NCBI RefSeq assembly: GCF_963921235.1
Contig: NC_086097.1
Span: 71,984,001-72,048,000 of the forward strand
Direction: 5' to 3'
From: Mobula hypostoma
Lineage: Eukaryota
DNA: 64,000 bases
Numbering within the stretch: the first letter of the stretch is position 1; every line of letters starts with the position of its first letter. The notes under the pieces are model-generated. The model had not been told where the DNA came from and searched no databases. It saw nothing but the letters and a program-made list of their open reading frames with translations. Made by a program: the position numbers and the translations under genes. Positions 24,543-37,169 of the stretch are shown here, piece by piece.

Positions 24543-26039
24543 TTCTAACATGCAATGCTCCTTGGAAGTCCCTATGCTATTTTACAATTTATTAGTACTT
24601 TCTCTAAAAAATCTAAAACATCTTGTTCCTTCAAGAAACTGATATGCAAAAGCATCCCTTTTACTCTCCTACTCTCCACCTACTCACTGTTAATGTGTTT
24701 TGCCAGATCTGTATGAAGATAAACTCTTCTTTGGTTAATGAAATACCATTGTGACATGCTTATGCTCTACCCTAGATTAGCATTTCTGCTTGGAGATCCA
24801 TATGCAATTCCAATCAAAATTCTCTGCCATTTGCCGTTCCTTAACTCAAAAAAAATATAAATTCTTTTACATTAAGGTGCTTCTCCTCTTTTATCCCATT
24901 TTATATTATCAAGACTATTTAGCCGAGGTGCCTCGATTAAAAGCACAAGTACTGCAGAATATTTAACCTCAAATCGTGCCCATGAGAGGCCAAATGAAAT
25001 GTGTTTTCCACAGAGATGGCTAATGACATGGACATTTTGGCCTCCCACTAGTTTTACTTTTTTTAATCCTACAATTACTGTGTTGATGAAAAAGCAATTG
25101 TCATCAAAAATATATTCAGCCAAGAACTGATGAAGCATCACAGAGCTCACACTGATAGACAAATTTACCACTTATAGTCTTAACTATTGAACTTGCAGAT
25201 ATTTAAACAAAAGGCTGTAATACACATTTCAATGGGAGATTAACATGCTGAGGCACTCAGAAATAGTTTTTGAATGTGTAAGAATGTACGTAAATTCTCT
25301 TTGACAAGATAAGGACAAAATTGATGAGAAGGACAAAATGCTGTGACTAAACTGTCAGTTCATTAGAGACTCGATAAACAACTTCCTGAGAACAACCTGC
25401 AACGGGAAAACTGACTGAAACTGGAGTGTGATAATGAAAAGTTAGGCGAAGAGTTCTTAATGGAATAAAGAACTGAATGAGATTTCAAGTCTATGAATAA
25501 TTTAGTTGGAATAGAAAAGCTAATATGTAAGAACGATAAATTCATTTCTTCAGCATCAAATATTTAGATGTTGTGCTCTAAGGAGACTTCACTTATTATG
25601 TGCTCTTTTACACTGCAAATAAAATTCTTCCTTTTCTAATAACTTTTGGCAACCTTTTAAATCAGATTGTTAATTATCAAAGATACACTGTCAAATATCA
25701 GCATAAAGAGTACTGAGAATAGATTGTATTTTAGACACCTGTACCAAATTTAGGAGAACTAAAAAATATACTTCTAGAATTATAAAGCTTTCATCTTGGT
25801 TTCTTGACTTTTAGGTAAGACTGAATATAACATTGCCCCAGATAATGGGAATTTGATTTTAAGGCATTATCTGTTTCCAAACATTTTAATTTGCAATATC
25901 AGAGTGTATTGTGATAAAGTAAAATGGAAATTTGCTGTCTCACGAAACCTTTTTGGACTGACCTATGTAATTTACAGTTTAAGTTAACATAACAGCTTCA
26001 AGTTTAAAAATGATAACAATTTGCACATTAAGAAAGAAG

Positions 26040-27160
26040 TTCAAAGTACAAAGTTCAATGTAAATTTATTATCAACGAATGTATATGTTATCATATACTA
26101 CCTTGAGATTTATTCTCTTACAGGCAATTACAGGAAAAAAGAAACATAATGTTGTACAGGAACGGGTGAACCCAAATGCAGGACACTGACATGGAGGTAG
26201 AGTAATCTAAAGAGTGTTTATTAACGGTTGCAGAGAAGGCCGGGGAGCGAGCGAGGCTGAGTAGAACGACAAACAGGAGAATGAACAGAAAGGCAGGCGG
26301 CAGGCAATCCCTATCTTGATGTGGAGTGTTGCTGGAGCTGAACGGCAAACAGGAGAATGAACGGAAAGGCAGGCAGCAGGCGATGCTTCTCTTGACACAG
26401 AGAGACAGAGTTAACACAGGCAAACCACAGTACTGAAACAAAAATTAGAATACACAATCCTAAGCGGCCGGGAAAGTGAATTACCACACTGGCTGAATCA
26501 ACACTCTGGCCCTGAGTGGATGCAAAGCCGGGGTATTTATGCTGCAGGTTTAGATGAGACTCAGGTGCCGCAATCAAGGAGCCCGGGAGAACATGGGAAA
26601 AGGGAAATTAGGAGAATATGAGGAATTAACGGTCGGGACCATGACACATAATAGAATTTATGGAAAAACTATACATGAGCAGACAAAGATTGACAAGCTA
26701 CCAATGTTCAAAAGAAGACAAGCTCTGTAAATACAAAAAATAATATTGAGAACTTTGCATGTGATGGACTGATGAAAGTGTATCCATCACTTTCTGTAGT
26801 CTTTTCCGTTCCTGGGCATTGGTGTTTCCATACCAGGTCATGATGCAACCAGTTAGGATATCCTCCATTGTGCATCTATAGAAGTTTGTCAATGTTTCTG
26901 GTGACCTGCCAAATCTATGCCAACTTCTTAGGAGATAGAGGTGCTCTCATGCCTTCTTTGTGATGTCACTTATGTGTCATATCCTCTGATATGTTAATAC
27001 CAAGGAATTTAAAGCTACTGACCCTCTCCAGCTCTGATACCTTAATAGGGCTGGCTCATGGACCTCCAGTTTCTTCTGCCTGTACACGATACTCAGCTTT
27101 TTGGTCTTACTGGCGTTAAGTGAGATTGTTGTTGCGATGTCACTCAGCCAGGTTTTCAAA
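26040..27160 (-). mobile_element. Rex1/Babar-like LINE 3' fragment
   Basis: LNASKTKKL and TNFYRCTMEDILTGCIMTWYGN...ERKRLQKV relics; tail ttcaaagtacaaagttcaatgtaaatttattatcaa. Confidence 0.82.
26150..26646 (-). mobile_element. Solo LTR (497 bp)
   Basis: TG...CA termini; exact 5 bp TSD cataa (26145-26149, 26647-26651); TATA-like cataaata and AATAAA on the minus strand. Confidence 0.88.
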
Positions 27161-27539
27161 GAACGCATTCCAGTGAACATTCTAGCGCAAACTTCCTTGG
27201 TATACAGCAATGACTTGCATAACATTCCTTTAAAAAATGACATTGAGCAATATCTTGGCCATTCCCTCCTAAATTTTCACTCTTTTGAATTTAATATTGC
27301 AGGTAGCTGTTGTAAAATGCCCAGAAGCCCATTCAACATTTTGTTCTATTCTAAATGTTATCTAAAATTTCATGCTCAATTTGCACCAGTAAAAGCAAGA
27401 ACAAGATGGAACTTCCCATTTAACATTCTGGTGTGTAATTTCCTTAATAGGCAATACTCCTATTACCCTTTTAAAGGGACAATCAAGCATCTCATACTGT
27501 AATTAAGTCAGAGGGAGGTTTCCTGGATCCACTCATTTA

Positions 27540-28220
27540 TGATTCCATTGGTATATCCAATCAGCCAGCTCCCCCTGGATTCCATGGGATCTAACCTTCC
27601 AGAGCAGCCTACCATGTAGAACCTTAGCAAAGGCCTTACCGAAACTCATATAAACTATGCCTATCACCCTGTGTCACTTCATCAAAAAAATCAATCAAGT
27701 TCATAAAACACGAACTCCATGCACAAAGCCACGCTGACAACCTCAAATCAAACCTTGTATTTCCAGATGTACGTATATCTTAGCCTTCCAGTAAGTTATC
27801 AATCACAGATATTGGACTTGGTAGCCTCTGGTTCCTAGATTTCTGTTTTCTGTACTTCTTAAATAAAGACATAACATTTGCTACCCTTCAATCTACATGG
27901 CTAACAATAGTGAAAATACCTCAGCCAAAGTTCCTGCAGTTCCTTCTCTAGCCTCCTGCAGTTTTCTGGGATATACATGGTCAAGCCCTGGAGATTTATC
28001 CACCTTACACCTTTTAAGACATCCTGTACCTCTTTTACTGTAATGTGGACTATCCCCAAGACTACTCCATTTATTTTTCCTTGTTCCAAAGTCTTCATAT
28101 CTCTTTTCACTGTAAAATCAGAGGTAAAATATTCATCAAGAACATTGCCCATCTCCTGCAGCCCCATACAAATATGTCCCCTTTGGTCTTTTAGAGGACA
28201 TATTCTCTCTCTTGTTATTT
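27540..28220 (-). mobile_element. CR1 ORF2 internal fragment
   Basis: RERICPLKDQRG...EMGNVLDEYFTSDFT...ITVKEVQDVLK (27901-28326). Confidence 0.8.
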
Positions 28221-28224
28221 CATA

Positions 28225-28760
28225 CAAGGGGTATATAGAGGATGTGGTTAGGGTTGTATGGGGTGACCAAGGAGGGGTAGCATCTCTGGTGAAGGGGCTT
28301 GGTATGACCATTCTGGGGCAGTTCACTCAACTTCGGTCCTCACCAGACACTCTGCTCTCACTTGTGGCTCCAAATAGCTGTTTGCATGTGATAGCGGCCA
28401 CACCCTAGTACACTGCTTCAACAGGCATGCTAAACCAAGTGAGGGTAGCTGGTAATATCATACCCTGGTGAGATAGAGACACACCTGTCGCAGCGTGGAA
28501 AATCAGCTACGGCAGACTGGGTGTATGAGGTCTACAGTGAGATCCAATGGCCAAGATGGCAGTACTGCAATGCTCAAAGAAGAGCAAAGGGCATGCCAAG
28601 GTACGGAAGACATCAAGGTCATCCACTGAAGTCAAGACCCCAGTTTGTTACACTTGTGAGGCTGGACCCAGTCTTCCTGTACAACAGCTTTTCCACTTTA
28701 AAAACTCTCCTGACCAGGTTTCCTGTGGTCGTCAAACATGATGGACAACCGCCATACATG
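28225..28760 (+). mobile_element. Unclassified interspersed repeat, possibly an RTE-related non-autonomous retroposon
   Basis: Abrupt GC-richer non-coding block truncating the CR1; family assignment from recalled resemblance only. Confidence 0.35.
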
Positions 28761-29317
28761 TGGATTGATACTCTGAGAAGCTTTAAACAATAGAGCAAAA
28801 TTTTTGTAAAGTAGCTTACTATTTGCAATCACAAGCCAGTTATGCTCCAAACCTATTCTTCTTTATGTCCCCAGCAAAAAGAAGGTCCAACTTGATCAGA
28901 AATGTCATCCTGATCATAAATTCCACTAAAATGCTGTCAGGACCATTTAACCCACATCCCATGCAGAAGCATTTATCAAAGCAGAAGTTCCAAAACTATT
29001 TAATGGTGCTTTTAATTTTTAATTCTTATTAAATTATTTAAAAAGTTAAAAAATTTTAAAGATACAGCACTAGAATAAACAATTAGGCACATTTAAATTA
29101 AAAGGTGTAACTGACTTGAAATTGCCTTTCATCTATTCTGTTGTCCCTTTCCATTGAAATGTGTGGAGTGATTGAACCTGCAGAAGGGGTAACCTTGTGT
29201 GGCTTCAGTAAAAACATTTCCTGGTCAAATTCTTGTAAAATAGTGGAAGTTGAAGTTCCATTGTTGATCTCATGAGAAGGCATGTCAGGCAGATTTTGCC
29301 TTGTTTGCAGTAGTCAG

Positions 29318-29905
29318 ATAGAAATGTCGAAAACCTACAGCACAATACGGGCCCTTACAGCAAAATACAAAGCTGTGCCGAACATGTCCCTACCTTAGAA
29401 CTACGTAGGCTTTAGCCCTCTATTTTTCTAAGCGCCACGTACCTATCCAGGTGTCTCTTAAAAGACCCTATCATTTCCGCCTCCACCGCCGCCCCCGGCA
29501 GCCCATTCCACGCACTCACCACTCTCTGCATAAAAAACTTACCCCTGACATCTCCTCTGTACCTACTCTCAAGCACCTTAAAACTATGCCCTCTCATGTT
29601 AGCAATTTCAGCCCTGGGAAAAAGCCTTTGACTAGCCACACGATCAATGCCTCTTATTATCTTATACACCTCTATCAGGTCACCTCTCATCCTTCGTTGG
29701 CCAAGGAGAAAAGGGCAAGTTCACTCAACCTATTCTCATGAGCCATGCTCCCCAATCCAGGCAACATGCTTGTCAATCTCCTCTGCACCCTTTCTATGGT
29801 TTCCACATCCTTCCTGTAGTGAGGCAACCAGAACTGAGCACAGTACTCCAAGTGGGGTCTGACCAGGGTCCTATATAGCTGCAACATTACCTCTCCGCTC
29901 TTAAA
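29318..29905 (-). mobile_element. Young 5'-truncated CR1 LINE
   Basis: LYRTLVRPHLEYCAQFW and RGDLIEVYKIIRG...WNGLP; tail tagaaatgtcgaaaacctacagcac; short flanking repeat cagat. Confidence 0.92.
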
Positions 29906-30680
29906 CAGATTCTAGACTTGTGAACATTGTTTTTTGGAATTGTGGATTAAAGTTTGTCAGCTGTAAAAAGCTGGGATATGGCTGTCAGTTCCTTCTGCTC
30001 TGTCTGCTGCACTGAGTATAGGGTCAGGCCAGACCCAGGAAAATGGCAGCTTTGAGCCGCCAGCTATTGCTTTGACTATATGCAAATGGCTCCTGTGTAG
30101 TGAGGAAAGGTGGATTGCAAAAAAAGTCACAGAAAATGACAGGGAAATACAAAGGAAATATTTTACAGCTATAGAAATTGGGAGAAGTCTTTCTTGATTA
30201 AAACAAAAATATTTAAAGTTTTCCCTGTTGCTGCATATTAAGTAATTAGAAAAAAGCAAGGATATGCATCCCCTTCACAATAACTCAGGAAAGTTCCATG
30301 AAAAATCACTTCCACATAGAGTTATCACATCTATTTAGTAAGTACTGTTAGACTCAGTGGTTTATAATCCTACTCTTCCAACCTAAATATATCAAACAAA
30401 GTTAAACTCTCACAACATTCGTTCTTGAATTATTTAACTATTTTAATACACCACAAAGACCCACCTAAATTACAATTTTGCAGAAACATTGAAATGCAAT
30501 GTTATGCCACCTCTACAACAGATTGGTGCAGGCCATCAGTGCTGAGTATTACACGACACACTCTCTCACACAGTCAATGTCTACCTTACCTTCACATGGA
30601 TTCATTCTCTCCCACAAGCACTGACTCTCCTTTACACACACTAATTCTTCTTCCTTAACACCTACCCTCTCTCTCATACA

Positions 30681-30722
30681 TGTGTCTCTCTGTCTCTCTC
30701 TGTCTCTCTGTCTCTCTCTCTC
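30681..30722. repeat. Imperfect (TC)n microsatellite
   Basis: tgtctctctgtctctctc... run. Confidence 0.85.
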
Positions 30723-30724
30723 TT

Positions 30725-31577
30725 ACCTCCTCATACTTAGCCCTTGAAGAGGACCCCACTCCGAACCATCAGGCCTCTGTCTCCTGCACCATCACTAATC
30801 TCATCAAATCTAGAAATCTCCCATCCACAGCCACAAACTTCATAGTTCCCTTACCCTACTCGGCTCACTTCTATGTATAACCCAAGATCCACAAACCTGA
30901 CTGTCCATTGTCTCTGCCTGCTCATGCCCCACTGAACTTGTGTCCATATTTGACTCCATTCTATCTACCTTGGTTCAGTGCCTTCCCACGGGCATCTGTG
31001 ACACTTCACATGCTCTCAATGTCCTTAGCAGCTATCAATTCCCTGGCCCTAACCACCTCATTTTCACCATGGATAGCCAGTCCCTATATACTTCTATTCT
31101 CTATCAAGAAGGCCTGAAAGGTCTCTGCTTCCTTCTCAACAAAAGACCCAACGAGCTCCCCTCCGCCCACCACCCTCCTCTGTCTCGCAGAACTGGTCCT
31201 TGCCCTCAACAATTTCTCCTTTGGTTCCTCCCACTTTCTCCAGACTTGGGGTAGCCATGGGCACCTGCATGGGCCCCAGCTATGCCTGCCTTTTTCTTGG
31301 CTATGTGAAACAGTCCATGTTCCAAGCCTTCCCTGGTAATGCTTCTCAACTCTTCACCCACCTGGCTTCACCAATCACCTAGCCTGAACTCTTTCTCCTT
31401 TCCCCTCCTTTTTATTAGAGTGACTTCCTTCTACTTTCCAGTACTGATGAAGGGGCCCAGCCCAAAACATCATCTGCTTATTCATTTTTGGTAGCTGTTT
31501 CCTGACCTGCTGTGTTCCTCCAGCTTTTTGTGCATGTTTCTCTGGATTTCCAACATCTGCAGAATCTCTTGTGTTTG
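30725..31577 (+). mobile_element. Penelope-like element, RT fragment joined to the terminal repeat (internal deletion)
   Basis: PKIHKP, FTMDSQSLYTSI and GVAMGTCMGPSYACLF PLE RT motifs; decayed hammerhead ctgatga...caaaac near 31445; family tail. Confidence 0.88.
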
Positions 31578-31581
31578 CTAA

Positions 31582-34500
31582 TCTTGTGGGTTTAATATTT
31601 CAGTAGAATTTGAGTAATATTGTAAATATATTGTTTGATTAAGCATTCTTTGTTGGTTTAAATAATTCATTAAGGTTATATGTACAAAATACGTGAATGG
31701 CATATGTCATCACTCTGCTGTGTCATAAGTGGATGCCTCACTGAAAGTAAAAATGAAGCACATAAGTTTTCCCAGTCTCCCATTGTTTTCTTCCATTTAG
31801 TTTTATGTTTTGAAGTTACAAAACATAACCGTGGTGATAAGGAAGTTTTAAACAAACCTGAGACGACTACTACATGTTGAAGCGCAGTAAAACATTCGAG
31901 TTAAAAATAAAGCGCAGCACATGGTTTCTTCAGTAAATTACTTAGTCGAATTTTAAAAAGCTAAAAAACAGACAAATACACATGTTCATAAACAGCAAAA
32001 ACTGGTAGCGAATCATAATTTTAAAAAAGTAAAAATGGCTGACTGCATTGAAATGAGAGACGCATTCAATTGTTGAAGAGGTAACTGCATATTGTTTACT
32101 GAGAGGATTGAGCAGTATTTTAAAGCAAATGGAATAGTCAGTGAGCAGCCAGTGCCAATTTTGCTAAGTGCATACAGTTTTCTTCGAAGTTTCATTGCTC
32201 CAACCAAACCAGCCGAAATGAACTTTGCTGATATCATGAAAATGCTGGAGCAGTTAGAACCAAAACCATTGTTGATTGCAGATCATGTTTGGCTTCATAA
32301 TCAAAAGGAGGGGTAGGCCATTTCAGCGTATTTGGCTGAATTGAAGAGGTCTGAGCGTTGGCAGTTCAATGACAGGCTTAATGATGCACTGAGAGATCAT
32401 TTAGTTGGTGGAATCTTACAGGAAAGCATTCAAAAACTGCTCCTAACTGAAGCACAACTTGTATTTAAAAGAACAGTTGAAATACTGTAGCTGTATCAAT
32501 GGAAACAGCAGATAGAGGCACAGTTGAGTTGCGTCAGGAATGAAGGTGAGGTTGAACAAAATTGCAATGACTGAACAGAAATCGGTCTGGCCAAAGAAAT
32601 TATGTTACTGTTGTGGCAGGGGCTCACATACACCAGACCAATGCAGATTTAAAAGTGCAACTTGCAGAAAATGCAACAAAGTAGAACACATACAAAGAGT
32701 GTGTCGGGCAGACAAAAATCAACAGACTGCTCAGGGAAGAGAAAAAGATAAAAAGTTAAGTTATAGTTTCAAAAGAACACTAATCTGCATGCTGTTGATG
32801 AAAAATCTGACAATGAAGACAATGTTACGAGATTTAACATGTGAAAACTAACAAGAGACAAGCAATATGGTCTGCACCAGAAGTGAACAGCAAACTAATT
32901 GAAATGGAATTGGACACTGGCTTGGCTGTTTCAGTCATTCCACAAAATGTGTTTCAACAACATTTCAAAGATACTGAAATAAAGCCTGCAGATATCCAAC
33001 TAAGAACTTATATACTGGAGAAAAGGTAAATCCTGTGGGAATGACAATCAAATAACAACAAGCCACATTGGGCTTGTATGTGGTTAAAAACAGGAGGTCC
33101 AGAATTTTGAGTCCATGACTGGCTGTGACAACGACCGCTTGATTGGCAATCCATCCACCATTTGCATGCCACATCCCTTGCAATAAAGTTATCTGAAAGC
33201 AAATTAAGAAAGGAACTGAATGATGCCACAGCAGTGATCAAGGATGACATTGGAAAACACAAACATATTGAAGATAAAATAGTGTTAAATGAAAATGCCC
33301 CACTGAAGTATTGCAATGCCCATCCAGTTCCTTTTACCAAACATGATAAAGTAGCCAGTGACCTAGATTATATGGAGGCTGAAAGAACTCTTTCCAAGTT
33401 TGAGTGGAGCCCATAGGCATTGCCAGTGGTCTCGGTAGACAAGTAGAATGGGTCTGTCAGACTCTGTTGTGATTTTAAAGGGAACATAAAATAAGTGCTG
33501 AAAATAGATCAATACCCTCTGCCCAAGTTAGGAGATACCTTTGCAAAACCTTTCAGAAGGAAAACACTACAGCAAAGTAGACTAAGCTGAGGCCTACCTA
33601 CAGATGGAGATGGAAGAAAAGTCCAAGGTGTTTCTTACCATGAACACCCACAAAGGACTTTATCACTATAATAGGCTTAGGTTTGGGGTAGCATCTGCAC
33701 CTGCACGCTGGCAGAAAGCGATGGACCAGGTGCTATAAAGCTGTCCAGCCACTCAGTGTTACCTGGATGATATAATTGTTACGAATAAGGATAACAAGGA
33801 ACTTCTCCAAAATCTCAAGACAGTGTTAAAAAGATTAGAAGATTATGCACTCAGAGGACAACATGTGATAAGTGTGAATTCTTTAAACCAAGCATCAATT
33901 ACTGTGGCCAAACCATTGACGCTCAAGTATTACACAAGTGCGCTGAGAAAATTCAAACAGTGGTGAATGATCCAATGCCAAAGGATGTGTCACAGTTGCA
34001 GTCCTTTTAGGGTTTGTCAATTACTGTAACGATTTCTGCCAAACCTGGCTACTCTGCTCCAGCCCTTGAACTCATTACTACAGATCGTGAAGAAATGGTA
34101 ATGTACAGAGCAGTGTGAAGTGGCTTTCCAAAAGGCAACGTAAATAGTGACATCAGACACTGCACTTACACATTATGATCCACATCATCTAGTGAAGCTT
34201 GACTGTGATGCCTCACCTTATGGTATAGGTATTGTCATGTCACATGTGATAAGTGATAGGTACTGTCATGTCACATGTGATAAGTGATAGGTACTGTCAT
34301 GTCACATGTGATAAGTGATAGGTACTGTCATGTCACATGTGATAAGTGATAGGAGTGAACACCCCATAGCTTTTGCATCACATTCTCTTACCGTTGCAGC
34401 GAAAAAGTACGCACAGATTGACAGAGGAGCCTTGAGTCTGGTTCGGGGTATAAAATAGTTCAACCAGAACTTGCATGGGAGAGAAGTTACGCTCATTACT

Positions 34501-36109
34501 GATCATCAACCATTAGTATCAATTTTCCATCCACAGAATGGTGATCCACCAACAGCACCAGCACAAATATGGAGATGAGCTCTGTTTCTTGGAGGACATA
34601 ATTACAAAGTTGAATTCAATGGGACAACTAATCATGGAAATGCTGATAAGTTGTCACATTTACCCTTGGAAAAGGAAATACTTGAATAATTTACAAAATA
34701 CTCCTCTTGACATATTCTCCCTAATGCAATTCGAAAGTCTCCCTATTACGATAGAGATGATCCAAAGGGAAGCTAGAAAGGACCCTACACTGTATGACAT
34801 CTACATGACAACTCAAAATGGCGGGAATGTGCAGTAGAAGCAGGACTTCAGCTATTTTTACCAGTGCCGGAATGGACTTGCCCTTGCCCTTGTTGGAGGT
34901 TGCCTTATGTTGGGATTGAGAGTTTTTGTACCATCCAAGCTAATAGCTAAATTGTTGGAGGAATTACTTGTTGGTTATCTTGGCGTGGTCAAAATGAAAG
35001 CATTGGTTTAAAGTTTTTTTTCTGGTGGCTTAAGATAGATCAGCAGATCAGGCAGCTTACCATGCACTGTTTGGGATGCTAACACACCCAGAAGATACCA
35101 GGGAGCATCGACTCTCCATCCCTGGAGTGGCCTGCATTGCCCTGGCAGAGGATTCATGTAGATTTTGCTGGACCATTCATGGACATAACTCTCTTGGTAG
35201 TTTTGGATGCAGCTACAAAGTGGCCAGAAAGGTTTCCAATAGCCCCCACTACAGCCTCACACACTGCTGATATGAGGAGAAGCCTCTTCTCAAGGACTAG
35301 CGTTCCAGAACACTTAGTCAGTGACAATGTGCCACAGTGTGTTGAAGAGCAGTTTCAGTCATTCCTGAAAATGAATAGAGTAAGACATGTTATGTTATAT
35401 CTGTATTGTACCACTCAGCTATAAATGGCTTGGCAGAAAGGTTGATCCAGAGTATAAAGACTGCACTGCATACAAGGTCATCAGACGCACTACATTAACA
35501 CTGAATCAGAAGCTCATCAATTTTCTCCTTGTATATTGCAATGCAGCACACTCCACAACCAACAATTCACCAGCTAAGCCGTTGCTCGGTTGTCCTTTGT
35601 GTTCATGCTTGGCATTTACATGGATCAGTATGTGGTTATCCATTGCAGCTGCAACCACAGAAAGTAATATTTAAATGGTGTAGTAAGTCAAGCAGCATCT
35701 GTGGCGAGCAGAACAGTATGGTCTTTGAGGTGAATGACATTTCTCTTACAGTAAAAGATTGTTGGGATGAAATGTTAGCTTCCTGCTTTTGTTAAAGCCA
35801 TTTCCTCTCTTGCCTAATTTTTGGGTGTGGCTTCAAGTATGGTGTGGATCTGCTGAACCAAATTAGGCATTTAATATTTCAGTAATATTTAAGTAATATT
35901 GCAAATATATTATTTGATTAAGCATTCTTTGTTTGTTTAAATATTTCATTATGGTTATATATACAAAGCACATGAAAGGCATACAGCATCACACAGCCAC
36001 ATCATAAATGCATGCTTTGCTTAAAGTAAAACGAAAGCACACAGTTCTCCTGGTCTCCCCTTGTTTTTCTTCCAATTATTTTTATGTTTTAGACTTAGAA
36101 AACATAATA
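31582..36109 (+). mobile_element. Gypsy Mag-clade LTR retrotransposon, near full length, decayed
   Basis: About 250 bp LTRs (31582-31830, about 35869-36109); PBS-like tggtgataagg; double CCHC CYCCG..H...C..CRKC...H...C; protease MELDTG; RT YLDDIIV near 33760; RNase H CDASPYGIG; integrase PWQRIHVDFAGPF. Confidence 0.92.
34225..34353. repeat. Minisatellite, 4 x 31 bp, in the Gypsy RNase H
   Basis: Unit ataggtactgtcatgtcacatgtgataagtg; three identical copies plus one with a single mismatch, then atagg. Confidence 0.95.
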
Positions 36110-36463
36110 ATTATTATCCTTGCTTTCAGTGCCTGGTGTAGAAGAACACCAAAGACGTTTTGTCCTTGCCTCTCCTAGTATAATACCACTCAAATAATAA
36201 AAGCTTGGCATTTGCATGGATCAGTATGTGGTTATCCATTGCAGCTGCAACCACAGAAAGTAATATTTAAATGGTGTAGTAAGTCAAGCAGCATCTGTGG
36301 CGAGCAGAACAGTATGGTCTTTGAGGTCAATGGCATTTCTCTTACAGTAAAAGTTTGTTGGGGTGAAACGTTAGCTTCCTGCGTTTGTTAAAGCCATTTC
36401 CTCTCCTTGCCTAATTCTCAGGTGTGGCTTCAAGTATGGTGTGGATCTGCTGAACCAAATTAG
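35607..36463. repeat. Dispersed direct repeat of about 260 bp (35607-35866 and 36203-36463)
   Basis: gcttggcattt...gaaccaaattag occurs twice with few differences. Confidence 0.95.
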
Positions 36464-36569
36464 ATATTTTACAGCTTTAGTTTGTTGTTTACCTCAAGTG
36501 TCCTTTTTGGACCATTATTGTTCAGCAAAATTTTGTGTGAGTCTGCCCCGATCTCCTCACAGCCTCTGC

Positions 36570-36750
36570 TGCTTGAGAGAAACAACTGGAGTATGGCCAT
36601 CCTCTCATCCTGACAGCTTCCTGTAAACCTCTTCTGCACACTTTCCAAAGTTTTGACATTCTTCTTTCATTGGGGTGACCAGAATTGAATGCAGTACTCT
36701 AGCTGTGGCCAAACTGGAGTTTTATAAGGCAGCAACATAACTTTCTCTTG
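36570..36750 (-). mobile_element. Old CR1 fragment
   Basis: YKTPVWPQLEYCIQFWSP. Confidence 0.75.
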
Positions 36751-37169
36751 AACTCCGTTCTTTGACGAATGAAGGCAAGTGTAGTATATATGATCTGTAA
36801 ACAATATATGAATGTCTATCTGGTCGAATGGCAATTTAACTCTTTCTGATCTCATAGCATGTGGGGTCTGTTGAGTAAGTAATGTAAATCTGTCAGTGAG
36901 TAAGCACTGAGAATGTCTGTCAAGTAGTTTGATAGATCCTGTCGGAACTCGTATTATACATTAAAGAATTTTGTAAGCCCAAGGAATGTTTTGTGTCCAG
37001 ACATTGGGGGACTAATGAATGAGGAGTGATCATTAAAATGTCTAATTTATCTATTGTCTGCTGAATGCTGTGTTAATGGACACATGTTGTAAGTTTGAAT
37101 GAAGAAAAACAGACTGGTACTGTGTTAATGTAAGATCAAAGAGCCTTTCTGTCTCATGGTTACTCTGCA

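Noticed and set aside
28820..28996. Minus-strand exon-like segment bounded by ag and gtaag
   Set aside because: Stop codons in all three frames
34225..34353. 31 bp repeats resembling a CRISPR array
   Set aside because: Head-to-tail with no spacers, no cas genes, eukaryotic context; derived from Gypsy RNase H sequence
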